Assembly (NCBI GenBank): GCA_000004695.1
Contig: CM000152.2
Coordinates: forward strand, 4,480,001 to 4,544,000
DNA length: 64,000 bases
Direction: 5' to 3'
DNA from: Dictyostelium discoideum
Taxonomy: Eukaryota
Of this stretch, positions 31,972-45,941 are shown in pieces. How positions within the stretch are numbered: the first letter of the stretch is position 1; every line of letters starts with the position of its first letter. The notes under the pieces were generated by a model, which saw only the letters and a list, made by a program, of their open reading frames with translations, had not been told where the DNA came from and searched no databases. The translations under genes and the position numbers were made by a program.

Positions 31972-32743
31972 TTTGATGAAATTCGATTTTTTTTACTAAA
32001 CTAGGTTTTTTTCATTAAAAAGGCAACAACACTTTTTTTTTTCTTTTCTTTCTTTTTATTTTTTTATTTTTTTTTTTTTGATATTTGACTTAAATAAAAA
32101 CAAAAGTTTTTCTAACCAAGAATTAATTCAATTATTAACCGGAAAGATCCAATATTTAGAATTAAATTACAAATAATAAATATTTATTAAATATGCATAA
32201 AAAAAAAAAAAAAAAAAAAAAACAAAAATTATTTTTAAGGGGAGCCGAATAGAAATAAGGTTTGTCAGTACTTTCTAAAGAAGGAAAAATTAAAGATTTG
32301 GTTAAACCTAGTGATAAAAATAAAAAAGGTAAATTATAAAACAATAAAAACCCATTAACATATGTGATCAATAATTAATTTTTTTTTTTGAATATTTATG
32401 ACCTTAAGGTCAAATTTTAAAAAAAAAAGCAAAAAATAAATTTGGAAATAAAAAAACAAAAAAAAAATAAAATAAAATAAACAAAAAAAAATTAAAAAAA
32501 GGAAATGAAATTAAATAATTAAATAAAAATTCAAAATAATTCAGAAAAACTTTTCTAATCAGTTACAGAGAATAATAAAAATTAAAAATTAAAATTAAAA
32601 TAAATATTTATTCTCATTATTGTAATCATTACATATGAAAATTCTTTTTATTGAAATGTTTTCATTACGGTAAAACAAAAATTTTTCAAAAAAAAATAAA
32701 AAAAAAATAAAAAATAAATAAATTAAAATAAAAAATAAAATAA

Positions 32744-32778
<35 letters not shown>

Positions 32779-33063
32779 AAAAAAAAAAAAATAATAAAAA
32801 AAAAAAAATAATAAAAAAAAAAAAAAATAATAAAAAAAAAAAAACACACACAGCAACAGGAACAAATACACAAATAATTTATTTATCTATTCAATTTATT
32901 TCTTTTTTTTTTTTAAACCTTTTTAAAAATTAAAAAAAAAAAAAAAAAAAAACTAACATATTTTTTTCAAACAAAAAAAAGTAATAAAAAAAAAAAAAGT
33001 AATAAAAAAAAAAAAAACCAATACATATATTATTTTAATATTTAAACTCATATACAATACAAA

Positions 33064-33316
33064 ATGGCAACATTAACAACTCCATATGGAGAGAGTAGTG
33101 GAAGTGGAAGTGGAAGTGGAAGTGGAAGTGGAAGTGGAAGTGGAAGTGGAAGTGGAAGTGGGAGTGGAAGTAATAATATAAACAATAATTATTTATACCC
33201 AACAACTACCACAACAACAACAACTACAACTACCGCAAACACATCATCTGGATCATCATCTGCAATGGGAAGCAGCAGAGGAAGTAATACATCTTCACCA
33301 AATACAAATACAAGCA

Positions 33317-33370
<54 letters not shown>

Positions 33371-33704
33371 GTTCTATTAATATAAATAAGAGTAATAATA
33401 CTGGTAGCACCAACAATAATAATAATAATAATAATAAAAATAATAATAATAACAATAGTAATAGTGAAGAAAATTCATTTAAAGTTAAAAAGATAATGTA
33501 TAATGGAAAGAATAGATGCATTCTTACACAAAAAGATAATGGGCCATGTCCTTTGATAGCAATTCTTAATGTTCTTTCACTAAGAGGAGACCTTGAAATC
33601 AATGACTCCATTCCATTGATAACTCATGATGGTTTACTCGAAACCATTGGTTCCCATTTATTTGAAACCAAAAAAAATGTAAGTTTCAAAGAAAAAAAAA
33701 AAAA

Positions 33705-33744
<40 letters not shown>

Positions 33745-34236
33745 AAATTAAAAAAAATAATTTATCCGCTAACCATAATTTCTTTTTTTTTTTTTTATTA
33801 TTATTAAATAGTATGAAGATTCTATTGAACAATTTAATTATGAAATTAAAATAAATGATTCTATTAATGCATTACCATCAATGATATCAGGTCTAAATCT
33901 TGATGTTAAATTTACTGGGTATGTAATAAAATATATTTAAAATTTAATTAAAAAAAAAAATGTATTTTATTTATTAATTTATAAATTTTTATTTTTATTT
34001 TTATTTCTAGAATTAAGGATTTTGACTCATCATGCGATATGAGTATTTTTCAAATATTAAATATAGAACTAGTTCATGGTTGGTTAGTTGAACCACAAGA
34101 TGTTGAATTAGCATCAATTATTGGAGATTTAACTTATAATCAATTGACTGAAAAAATTTGTAACCCAAAATTAGAAGAAGATTTCTTAAATGATATTGAT
34201 TTAACAAAAATGGATATTAATAGTAATAATAATAAC

Positions 34237-34279
<43 letters not shown>

Positions 34280-35098
34280 TAAACAATTTAAATGGTAAAA
34301 ATAATTTAAGGAATTTATATACTGACAGTGTAAAATATAAAAATAATCCAATAAAATCAAGTGGTGAAGATTTATTTTGTCAATATAAAATCAAACAATT
34401 TTTAAATGATACATCATCTCAACTATCATACCATGGTCTTTATGAATTACATTCAAATCTTAAAGATAATGAATTGGTTATATTCTTTAGAAATAATCAT
34501 TTTAATACATTATTAAAAAAGAATCAAACTTTATATATGCTAATTACCGATGAAGGTTATATTAATGAACCAATTATTTGGGAAAAGTTAGAACAAGTAT
34601 GATTTACATTAAATTATATTTAAATATAAAAAAAAAAAAAAAAAAAAAAACTCATTCATTCATTTTTTTAACTCACTTATATTAACTCACTATCATTTAA
34701 ATTTATAGATTGATGGGGACACTGAATATGTAAAGTCAGATTTTACAAAATATGTTAAAGAAGATTTATATTCAAATTATGATAATATTAATGAAATATG
34801 TGAAGGAATTAACAGTAATAATAATAGCAATAGCAATAGCAATAATAATATTAATAATAATAATATAAGTTCAGCTCATAATAATGTAAATACAGAAGCA
34901 ATGACCGATGAAGAACTTGCACACTATTTGAGTAGCCAAGAAAATGCTCAAAACTTGGATTCAGATTTTGTAGTGGCACTTCAACTACAAAATCAAGAAA
35001 ACTCTAGAGCTGGTTATAGAAAACAATCAAAACAAAAGGAAAAGAAAGAAAACTCTCCAACTCAAAAGAAAGAAAGTAAAATGTGTAAAACTCAATAG
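33064..35098 (+). CDS. MINDY-family (FAM63/DUF544) K48-specific deubiquitinase homolog. Four exons: 33064..33678, 33812..33918, 34011..34596 and 34709..35098.
   Basis: The catalytic motif QKDNGPCPLIAILNVL is followed by LDVKFTG|IKDF...HGWLVEPQD...LTYNQLTE...LSYHGLYEL...ELVIFFRNNHFNTL...LYMLITDEGY...IWEKLEQ|IDGDTEYVKSDF. This is collinear with human MINDY-1/2. The donors are GTAAGT at 33679, GTATGT at 33919 and GTATGA at 34597, and the phases are 0, 2 and 0. The N-terminus carries (GS)n and poly-N repeats. Confidence 0.8.
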
Positions 35099-35264
35099 GG
35101 CTATTTTTTTTTTTTTTTTTTTTTTTTTTGATTAACGGGGGCAGTGGGATTGATCAAAATGTAAATATAATAAATTAAAATGTTTTTCTTTTTTTTTTAT
35201 TTGCCAGTTATTTTCTTGTTTTCTTTTTTAAAATTGGAAACCTTGAGAATTTAAAAAAAAAATG

Positions 35265-35320
<56 letters not shown>

Positions 35321-35399
35321 AAAAAAAAACTTTGTTGTTCGCCCATAAATAATCTATTTTTAAAATAAAAAATCCATAAAAATGATTTTTTGAAAATAA

Positions 35400-35690
35400 C
35401 TGTTTGGGGGAATTAAAAGGTGCATGGTTGTGGGTTACTTCGATTTATCATATCATGAACACTAATACAAAGTTGTAATTTGTCTGAAATTGTTACATTA
35501 ATTTGATGGGATGAGAGGTGTGGCATTCGTCTGCATTCTTCTCGTCCTGTTTAATCAATTGAAACCTTCATTTGCGTATAAAATGGAATAAGAGTTTGGT
35601 CTGGATTAATCCATTCGAGATTAATCTGGACTGAGTCTCTAATAATTCCAAACACCTACACCGCAAACACTCAATAATTCCTTTTTTTTT
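35400..35690. other. GC-richer (~40% GC) non-coding island containing a strong hairpin (tctggattaatc-N7-gattaatctgga).
   Basis: Its composition contrasts sharply with the surrounding >85% AT DNA. There is no long ORF in any frame. An 11-12 bp inverted repeat lies at about 35595-35630. Confidence 0.3.
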
Positions 35691-35854
35691 TTTTCTTTAA
35701 AAAAAAAATCTATTATATGAATTTTTTCCCCTACATGTCGTTGTCCAAAATAAAAAAACAATTACAAAAAAATGAATAGTGAATAAATTTTTGATTAAAA
35801 AAAAAAAAAGTAATAAGAAAGTATAAAAAAAAAAATAAAAAAAATAAATTACAT

Positions 35855-35896
<42 letters not shown>

Positions 35897-36131
35897 AATT
35901 TTATATGATTTTGTATTTTTGGGTGCTCAATTTATCAAAACTAAATCCGGATTTAAAAATAAATAAAATTAAATCCTTGTTTAAAAAAATAAAAAATAAA
36001 AAATAAAATAAAAAATAAAAAATATAAAAAATAAAATAAAAAAATAAAAAATATAAAAAATAAAAAATGAATTTTTTTTTTTTTTTTTTTTAATTTTCAT
36101 TTTTTTTAAAAAAATATTAATTTCACACTAA

Positions 36132-36461
36132 ATGATGAACTTCAAATATATTATTAGTATTTTTATTTTTATATTATATGTATGTATTTTATTTTTAAAA
36201 TAAAAAAATAAATAAAAAATATAGAAAAAATAAAAATAAAAAAAAAAAAACTCATTATTTATATTTTAATATAATAGATTAATCTTATTGATGGCGCAAA
36301 AGAATTAACACCATTCATTTATGGTGATAGAATTAGTATGGAATGTAAAGATAACGAAGGGAATTGGAAATTAGGTCCAATTTGTTTAAATGTAATTAAT
36401 AATAATATTTAAATAATAAATAAACAAATAAATTTAAAAAAAAAAAAAAAAGTTTAATATT

Positions 36462-36504
<43 letters not shown>

Positions 36505-36954
36505 CAAAAAAAGCAAAAACAAGAACTTAGTGTATATTATGGCAGAGATGCACCACTTTATTGTGGAATTTATATAGATGAAAAAGAACTTAATAGAATT
36601 AAAGATGTATTAAATAGAAATTGTAGGATAATCCCATTTCTTTCAAAATTACTGTAAAAAAAAAAAAAAAAAAAAAAAAATTATAATTTAATAACTCTCA
36701 ATTATTTTATTTATTTATTTTAATAATTAAAAAAAAAAAAAAAAAAAAAAAGCATCATGGGAATGTAGAATACCAATATCATCAGAAAGTAATACTGATG
36801 ATATTTATATACCACTTTCAATTCAATTATGGGGATATCCTCAAGATGATCATTTAGATATTACAACTCACTATAATTTTATATTTCATGTTGAAAAAGG
36901 TATTATAATTGGTGCAACTTTATATCCAGGTAAGTGATCACATTTTGGAAAAAA

Positions 36955-36994
<40 letters not shown>

Positions 36995-37301
36995 AACTTT
37001 ATAATTATAATTTTTTTTTTTTTTTTTTATAGTTAAAGATAAATTTCAAGATGTTCGTAAGGGTGCAGTATTTACAATTCATGGTGCAATTAAATGGTTT
37101 AATGGAGGTTCTCATGTTGAATTAAATGATTCATTGAAATTAATAAAAGATAATACAAATGATTTTTTAAATAATTTAGATTATTGGATTGTTATCCTTT
37201 GGATTGTTTTATCAATGTTTACATCTTTAATTTTATTTTCATTAATTTATAAATATAAATTAAAACCAAATTTAATAAGAAAATATTTAAAAAATGATTA
37301 G
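36132..37301 (+). CDS. Hypothetical small secreted/membrane protein (~215 aa) with an N-terminal signal peptide and a C-terminal TM segment. Five exons: 36132..36179, 36278..36391, 36514..36653, 36769..36929 and 37033..37301.
   Basis: Exon-like open frames alternate with AT-rich introns bounded by GTATGT (36180), GTAATT (36392), GTAAAA (36654) and GTAAGT (36930) donors and AG acceptors. The phases are 0, 0, 2 and 1. The N-terminus MMNFKYIISIFIFILY is hydrophobic and the C-terminus reads WIVILWIVLSMFTSLILFSLIY. An alternative exon 3/4 junction (GTAGGA at 36623 to AG at 36751-36752) is also possible. Confidence 0.45.
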
Positions 37302-37750
37302 GTAAAAAAAAAAAAATAAAAAATAAAAAATAAAAAATAAAAAATTAAAAAATAAAATTAAAAAAAAAAATAAAATTTAAAAAATAAAATTTTAATTTTA
37401 AACCACCATTATTCATCATAATTATAATCATTATCATCATTAATTAAATTAATAACTTGAATAAAATAATTTAAAAAAAAATTAAGAAACAAACCTCTTT
37501 TTTTTTTTTATATATTTTAATTAAATTATAAAAGTGATTGAAAAAAAAAAATTAAAAATAAAATCCTTTATAAATCTTGTGGTTTATTTTTAGACTAAAC
37601 ATAAATCAACAACGATCATGTGCATACTTTGAAAAATTTTCTTTTTATTTTATTTTTTATTTTTTTTTCCAAATTTTTTTTTTTTTTAATTTAATTTTTT
37701 ATTTTTTTATTTTTTAATTTTTTTTTTTTTTTTTTTCGAATGGGGACCCT

Positions 37751-37796
<46 letters not shown>

Positions 37797-38434
37797 TTAT
37801 TAATATATAACATTTATATTTATACAAATATAATAGGTAAATATTGCTATCCATTTTTATTTTTTTTTTTTTTTTTTTATTTTTTTTTTTTTTTTATTTT
37901 TTATTTTTTTTTTTTTTTTATTTTTTATTTTTTTTTTTTTTTTACACTTTTTTAAATATAATATTTTTTTTTTTTTTTTTTTTTTTACACAATTAATTTA
38001 GTTTTCTTAAATTAAATCAAATATTTCTTTATTTTTTACATTATTAAATTGAAAAAAAAAAAAAAAAAAAAAAAAATTTGTATGTTCTTTTTTTGTTTTT
38101 TTTTTTTTTCTCTATTTATTATCAAATAAAAAAAATAAAATAAATAAAAAAAAAATAAAAAAAATAAATAAATAAATAATAAATAAAAAAAAAACCATTT
38201 AGGGGTGGTGTTTGATCAATAGACATCTATTTACCATCGTTGTGATATTAGAAGTCTTAATCAAATTTTTATTTTTTTTTTATTTTTTTTTATTTATTTA
38301 TTTTTAAATTATACATTCGATTGTATAATACACAACTAAATCATTCATATAAATAATCATTTATATTTAATTTTTTAAAAAAAAAATTTTAAAGAAATTT
38401 TTTTTTATTTTATTTTAACACAAACCTCTCACAC

Positions 38435-38497
<63 letters not shown>

Positions 38498-38632
38498 TTT
38501 TAAATCAAAAAAAAAAAAAAAAAAATAATAATAATAATAATAATAAAAATAAAAACCTCAAACACACATATTTACATAACTCAAAACATAACTATTATTT
38601 TTTATTTAATATCACCCAAATCATAATTTTTT

Positions 38633-38677
<45 letters not shown>

Positions 38678-39069
38678 ATTTTTTTTTTTTTTTTTTTGAA
38701 TTTTTTTTTTTTTTAAAAATTTTTATTTTTATTTTTTTTTTTTGCCAACCTAACTAACAGACTAAAAAATAAAAAAAATATAAAAAAAATTAGTTTACTG
38801 TACTATTACCACAAAAACTTTTAGAAAAAGAAACTTTCAAATATATTTTTATTACCATTATTTTTTTTTTTAAAAATTACACTAAAAACTAAAAAAAAAA
38901 AAGTAAGAATAATAATAAAAAAAAAAAACCTGTAAAATTTATAAAAAAACAATATCAACAAAAAAAAAAAAAAAAAAAAAAAAATTATCGTCAATATATA
39001 ATTCCATTTTATTTGTAAAACAATAAAAAAAAAAAGTAAAAAAAAACACAAAACAAAAGAAAATACACA

Positions 39070-40084
39070 ATGTCAAAATTATTAAAATTAGTTATCGTTG
39101 GTGATGGTGGTGTTGGTAAATCGGCACTTACTATTCAATTAACACAAAATCAATTCATTGCTGAATATGATCCAACTATAGGTATGTATTAAAATAATCA
39201 AATAAAATTAAAAGGTTAACAAAAAAAAAAAATAAAAAAATAAAAAAAAATACCAAACATTTTATATTAACCCTTTTTTTTTATTATCATTTTTTTTCTT
39301 TCTTTTACATTTAGAAAACTCTTATCGTAAACAAGTAAACATTGATGAAGAAGTTTACATGTTAGATATTTTAGATACAGCCGGTCAAGAGTATGCATTC
39401 ATTTATTATTTTTTTTATTATTATTTTTTTTTTTGTTTTATTTTTTTATTATTTTTTTTGACCTTTACTAATATTATTTATTTATCAATAATGATCAAAT
39501 CAAATCAAATCAAATCAAATCAAATCAAATCAAATCAAATCAAATCAAATCAAATCAAATCAAATCAAATCAAATCAAATCAAATCAAATCAAATCAAAT
39601 CAAATCAAATCAAATCAAATCAAACCAAATCAATCAAACCAAATACAACCAAATCAATTCTCATCAAATCAAAAAAAAATTTAAAAAATTATAAAATAAC
39701 AGAGAGTATAGCGCTATGAGAGATCAATATATTAGATCAGGTAGAGGATTTTTAATTGTTTACAGTATTATATCAAGAGCAAGTTTTGAAGCTGTTACAA
39801 CATTCCGTGAACAAATTTTAAGAGTTAAGGATCTCTCAACCTATCCTATCGTAATCATTGGAAATAAAGCAGATTTACCAGACAAAGATAGAAAAGTACC
39901 ACCAATGGAGGGTAAGGAGTTAGCAAAAAGTTTTGGTGCACCATTTTTAGAAACATCAGCCAAATCTAGAGTAAACGTTGAAGAGGCCTTCTTTACCCTC
40001 GTTAGAGAAATTAAAAGATGGAATCAAAATCCACAAAACGAAGAGATGCTCCCACCAAAGAAAAGGGGATGTATTATATTGTAA
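39070..40084 (+). CDS. rasC: Ras GTPase RasC, 189 aa, C-terminal CIIL. Three exons: 39070..39181, 39315..39390 and 39703..40084.
   Basis: The protein is [37 protein letters not shown]|[26 protein letters not shown]|[13 protein letters not shown]...NKADL...ETSAK...CIIL. The G1-G5 Ras motifs are intact. The donors are GTATGT at 39182 and GTATGC at 39391, and the phases are 1 and 2. The 189-aa length and the N-terminal MSKLLK fit RasC. Confidence 0.7.
39494..39660. repeat. (CAAAT)n pentanucleotide microsatellite of about 30 units inside rasC intron 2.
   Basis: caaatcaaatcaaatc... run. It decays at the 3' end. Confidence 0.9.
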
Positions 40085-40386
40085 ATTTTAAAAAATAAAA
40101 AAAAAAAACAAACCTACCCATAAAAAAAAAAAAAAAAAAAAAAAATAAAAAATAAAAAAAAAAAAAAAAAAAATAAGAAATAAAATAAAATTTGATCAGA
40201 TATAATAGAATAATTTTATTTTTAGAATTGTTTAATCTCCACCATTGACTAAACACACTAATGTTTGTTGTGTGGGATATTTTTAATTTTCGTATTTTTA
40301 TATTTTTTTTTTTTTTTTAGTTTTTCATTTTTTTTTTTTTTTTTTTTTTAAATTTAATTTCAACACACCATTAGATATTATTTTAT

Positions 40387-42336
<1,950 letters not shown>

Positions 42337-42959
42337 ATATAATACCGTTTATAAAAAGATTGATGAAATAGTTTATTGTAATACTTTTTTATATTATTAT
42401 TTTTATTGTTTTTTTTTTAAAATGTTTTTTTGGTTTATTAATTTATGTATGTCCTTAAGCATTTTATTCTTCATTTTCTTAATTTGACCACTTTTATATG
42501 AAATTACTATTTTCAAATTATTAAATAGATAGAAATTTGGTAGGAAAACTTTAAAATTGATTTTTTTTTTAAATTTATAAATTAGTTTTTTTTTTTTATA
42601 GTGAGTGAAGAGTGTGTTGAGTGTTGTGATATATTTGTTGAGATTTGTTGGTAGTGTTACAGAGTGAATTGGAGAGTTCCAATTCTTGCGAAATCTCTCA
42701 GTTGTTTGGATATGATAGATTTGTATTTTTTGGCTTGTTTGTTATTTGTGGCTTTTTTTCTTTTCTAATTAGTTTGTGTTTGTTGTTTTTGGTTAATGAA
42801 ATATCCAATTTGAATTTTAAATTTTTTTTTTTTTTTTTAATAACATCACTCAATTTGAGTGTGTTCTAGGAGAGTTTATTTGTAGTTTTTTTTTTTTTAT
42901 ATTTTTTTTTTTTTTATTCTTATTTTTTTATTATTATTATTATTATATTATTATTATTA

Positions 42960-42989
42960 TTATATTATTATTATTATTATTATTGTTAT

Positions 42990-43034
<45 letters not shown>

Positions 43035-43757
43035 GGTAGTTGGTGTTATATGAGCAGTATGGTCTGAAGTGTTCCTCATGAGTTTCGAGTTCCAGTTGTG
43101 ACTGAATTTTTCGAGTCTTCTTTTTATTGATGCGGTCCGATTGATTGACTCTCGGTTATCAGTGCATCTTAGTTCTTGTCGTAGTTGCTTTTCTACTATC
43201 TTTCTTGTTCTATCCCATTCGGCAACTCTCGCTTTTTTGATTTTATGAATTATTTGGTTCTCTGTTATTATTGTAGTGTTATCGTTGAATTTTATTTGGT
43301 TTCTTCTGTACCATATCGATTCCATAATGGCTCCTATCAGATTTGATGAGAATGGTGTGAGTAGTTTTCCGAGAACTTTTTCGCTCCATGGACCGTGGTA
43401 AGTGTTGTTAGAGTCTTTACAGACCTTTTGATAGATTGAGTCGATATCCTGTTTTATTGATTTGCATTCGAAGAAGATGTGCATAGACCACTCTTCTTCT
43501 TTACATGAGTGGCAATTCTCCCCATGGTGTTTTGGAAGTGCCTTGAGTAGATACCTCCATGCTAAGTCTCTTCCTTTGATAGTTGTTATTGATCTGGCTT
43601 CTCTAAATGGTAGAGTTGGGTGATTAATGTTCTTTTGAATCAGTTTTTGACCTGTTGTTGGCTGGTGTTTGTTCCATCCCTTGTATTTTATATCCATCAT
43701 GTTTCTATAGATTACTTTTTGTTTTAGTATTTGGGTTTTGTAGATAATGAATTTTAA
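42960..43757 (-). mobile_element. 5'-truncated non-LTR retrotransposon fragment (3' part of ORF2 with a Cys/His zinc-finger region) ending in a 38-nt poly(A). It lies about 40 bp upstream of tRNA-Leu(AAG), which is TRE5-like positioning.
   Basis: ORF 42960..43700 encodes ...HHGENCHSCKEEEWSMHIFFECKSI... and runs without a stop into the poly(A) (plus-strand T-run 42995-43032). The frame is open upstream to about 43757. The composition is not genome-typical. The truncated 5' end faces the tRNA at the characteristic ~40-50 bp distance. Confidence 0.6.
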
Positions 43758-43793
43758 ATTAGTATTAGTCTAAATAAAATTAAAAATAAAAAA

Positions 43794-43875
43794 GTAAGCT
43801 TGCCCGAGCTGGTCTAAGGGGTTGCATTAAGGCTGCAATATCATTGATACAAGGGTTCGAATCCCTTAGCTTACA
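43794..43875 (+). tRNA. tRNA-Leu(AAG), type II, 82 nt.
   Basis: GTAAGCTTGCCCGAGCTGGTCTAAGGGGTTGCATTAAGGCTGCAATATCATTGATACAAGGGTTCGAATCCCTTAGCTTAC. It has a perfect 7-bp acceptor stem (GTAAGCT/AGCTTAC), an anticodon stem TTGCA/TGCAA with loop TT-AAG-GC, and a T-arm AAGGG TTCGAAT CCCTT. Confidence 0.85.
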
Positions 43876-43899
43876 AAATTTTTTAAAACGAATCCTGTT

Positions 43900-44811
43900 A
43901 AATTTTATAGTTATAATCTATAAGATCAAAAGCAAGCAATCAAACGGATACTAGATACAGAAAAACATAATAAACAGAAGCAACCCTTACATCCCATCCA
44001 CCCCTAAGACACCTGTCAATAAAGAAAGGAAAGGAATCATTGAGAGCTTCATAGAGAGTATCTACCCTTCACCATCCAAACCGCAGCTATACGACTCCCA
44101 AGAGGAGATCGATATCATCTCATAATGGTAGTAATCAAAATCAACCAATGGAATGTCAGAGGTTGGGGCACTGACACCTCCTTCAAAAACAAAACAGACT
44201 TTATCAAATCCCAATCCCCCCCAAACTCATTGGCACTAACCATAGTCAATGAACTCAATGCTGACGCAACACAAGCACACCAGCTATTTCCTGGCTCCAT
44301 CATTAGTGCAACCAACAGAGGCAACGGAATAGGAATACTAAACCACAACAACCAAAACATAAAACCCTCACCAATATTCATAATAGAAGGTAGACTAATA
44401 ATATCAGACATTCTAATAAAAGATACCACAACGAGAATCTTGGCCATATACGCCCCGGCCCAACCTGATAAAAGAAAAATACTAGCTTCAACACTAAACA
44501 AACACTTCAACAACCAATACCAAATTGGCCACTCTAGAATACATCAAAAAAGCAAAAGATCTGAAAAACTTATCAGCAAAAGACCATAATAACTTCAAAG
44601 ATCCTAAGATCCTTCTCACCTCAACGATCAAGCTAAGAAAAACAACAGCTAATTACTATTGTATTCCAGAATCATCTCTCCCAAATATTATATCTTTTGA
44701 TCAATTCATATGATTAAAATAACCCTTCAGCTTAAATGATAAGCCTATAAATAAATATTAAATAAAAACTCGTATTAACACAGATGGACATATATCAATC
44801 TTGTTAATCCA

Positions 44812-44846
<35 letters not shown>

Positions 44847-44848
44847 AA
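43900..44848 (+). mobile_element. Truncated or internally deleted TRE-type non-LTR retrotransposon copy immediately downstream of tRNA-Leu(AAG), with an APE-domain ORF fragment and a 3' poly(A).
   Basis: The composition is non-AT-rich. ORF 44125..44589 (VIKINQWNVRGWG...ILAIYAPAQPDKR) is paralogous to the N-terminal endonuclease region of the downstream full-length ORF2 (LKLLLWNCRG...ILLIYAPATISER). An A-run at 44818-44848 terminates the copy. It lies about 25-100 bp 3' of the tRNA, as TRE3 elements do. Confidence 0.5.
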
Positions 44849-45069
44849 ACATATCCATCATCAATCTAACATCAACTACATTCAATCTATCTACTCTACA
44901 CACTAATTTCTTCAATCCTTGGATTGGGAATAAGAATAGATCTGAATAAACGAGAAAGAAAAAAAAAAAAAAAAATTAAAATTAAAAATCAAAAATATTT
45001 TTATATAAACACATAATTAAAAAAAAAATAATAAAAATAATATAAAAAAAAAAAAAAAAAAAAAAAAAA

Positions 45070-45941
45070 ATGAATTTTTTCGATAAACTTAAAGGTGAAC
45101 TCAACTTAGGCGAGGAAGAGTTAAATAAAAAAACTATTCAAATAAGGTTATTCTACCCAAATACCTTGGAATTAAATAGTAATTCAACAAAATTAATAGA
45201 TAATTTCATAGTTAATGGTACTCTTAACATTGTCAGAAGACAAAAGGGTATAACAGTATTCGGTAGAATACTAAAAGAAAATTCACATTATTACACGAGT
45301 GTTACAGCACTTTCAAGTATGAAGATTTCCCACTGCAAAAATTCATACTTTACACCCCAGGATATCACTATGTCCACTTTTACACATTTACAAAAAACAT
45401 AATAAAAAAAATAAACAATCAAATGGTAAAAGAAAACTGGGGATTGGAGCCATTACTAATAGATGAATGCAACATAGTAATGCTACCAGATGTGATTAGA
45501 TATTCATGCATACTATTATTTAATAAAGAAGATGATATCTCAATCATTAAAACAAACATTGATGCTATAAAAGGTAGTAAGCATCCAATAAGAGCCTTCA
45601 TCTCTGAATATAACAATAAAGAAATAAGAGATGTTAGAAAAAAAAAAAACACAAGTAATAAAAACCAACAACCAACAACTACAAATACAACTAAATCAAT
45701 ACCATCAACTCCACCAACAACTAATGCATCAACAACCACACCAATAACAACCACACCAATAACAACCACACAAACAACAACCACACCAACAACAACCACA
45801 CATCAATTACCAACAAGCAATACAACAATCTACAACCTAAACAAAACTACTACTACTACTACTACTACTACAAAACCTATCAATAAAATTACTACAAGCA
45901 ATGGTACCAAGTTTCCAATTGCCAGTAGTATTAGAAAATAA
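45070..45941 (+). CDS. Retrotransposon ORF1 (two adjacent ORFs, 45070..45402 and 45423..45941, probably one ORF with a frameshift or stop).
   Basis: Its position immediately 5' of ORF2 and its T/P/N-rich C-terminus resemble TRE ORF1 proteins. Confidence 0.5.

Noticed and set aside
39359-39694. ORF 39359..39694 with an (IKSNQ)n repeat.
   Set aside because: It is a translation of the (CAAAT)n intronic microsatellite of rasC. I also considered a CRISPR-like array. It is a simple tandem repeat with no spacers and this is a eukaryote.
42353-42385. A ~30-bp copy of the chaperonin gene's last codons (gattgatgaaatagtttattgtaa) immediately 3' of its stop.
   Set aside because: It is a tiny local duplication in the 3' UTR with no evident function. 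It is noted only as a curiosity.
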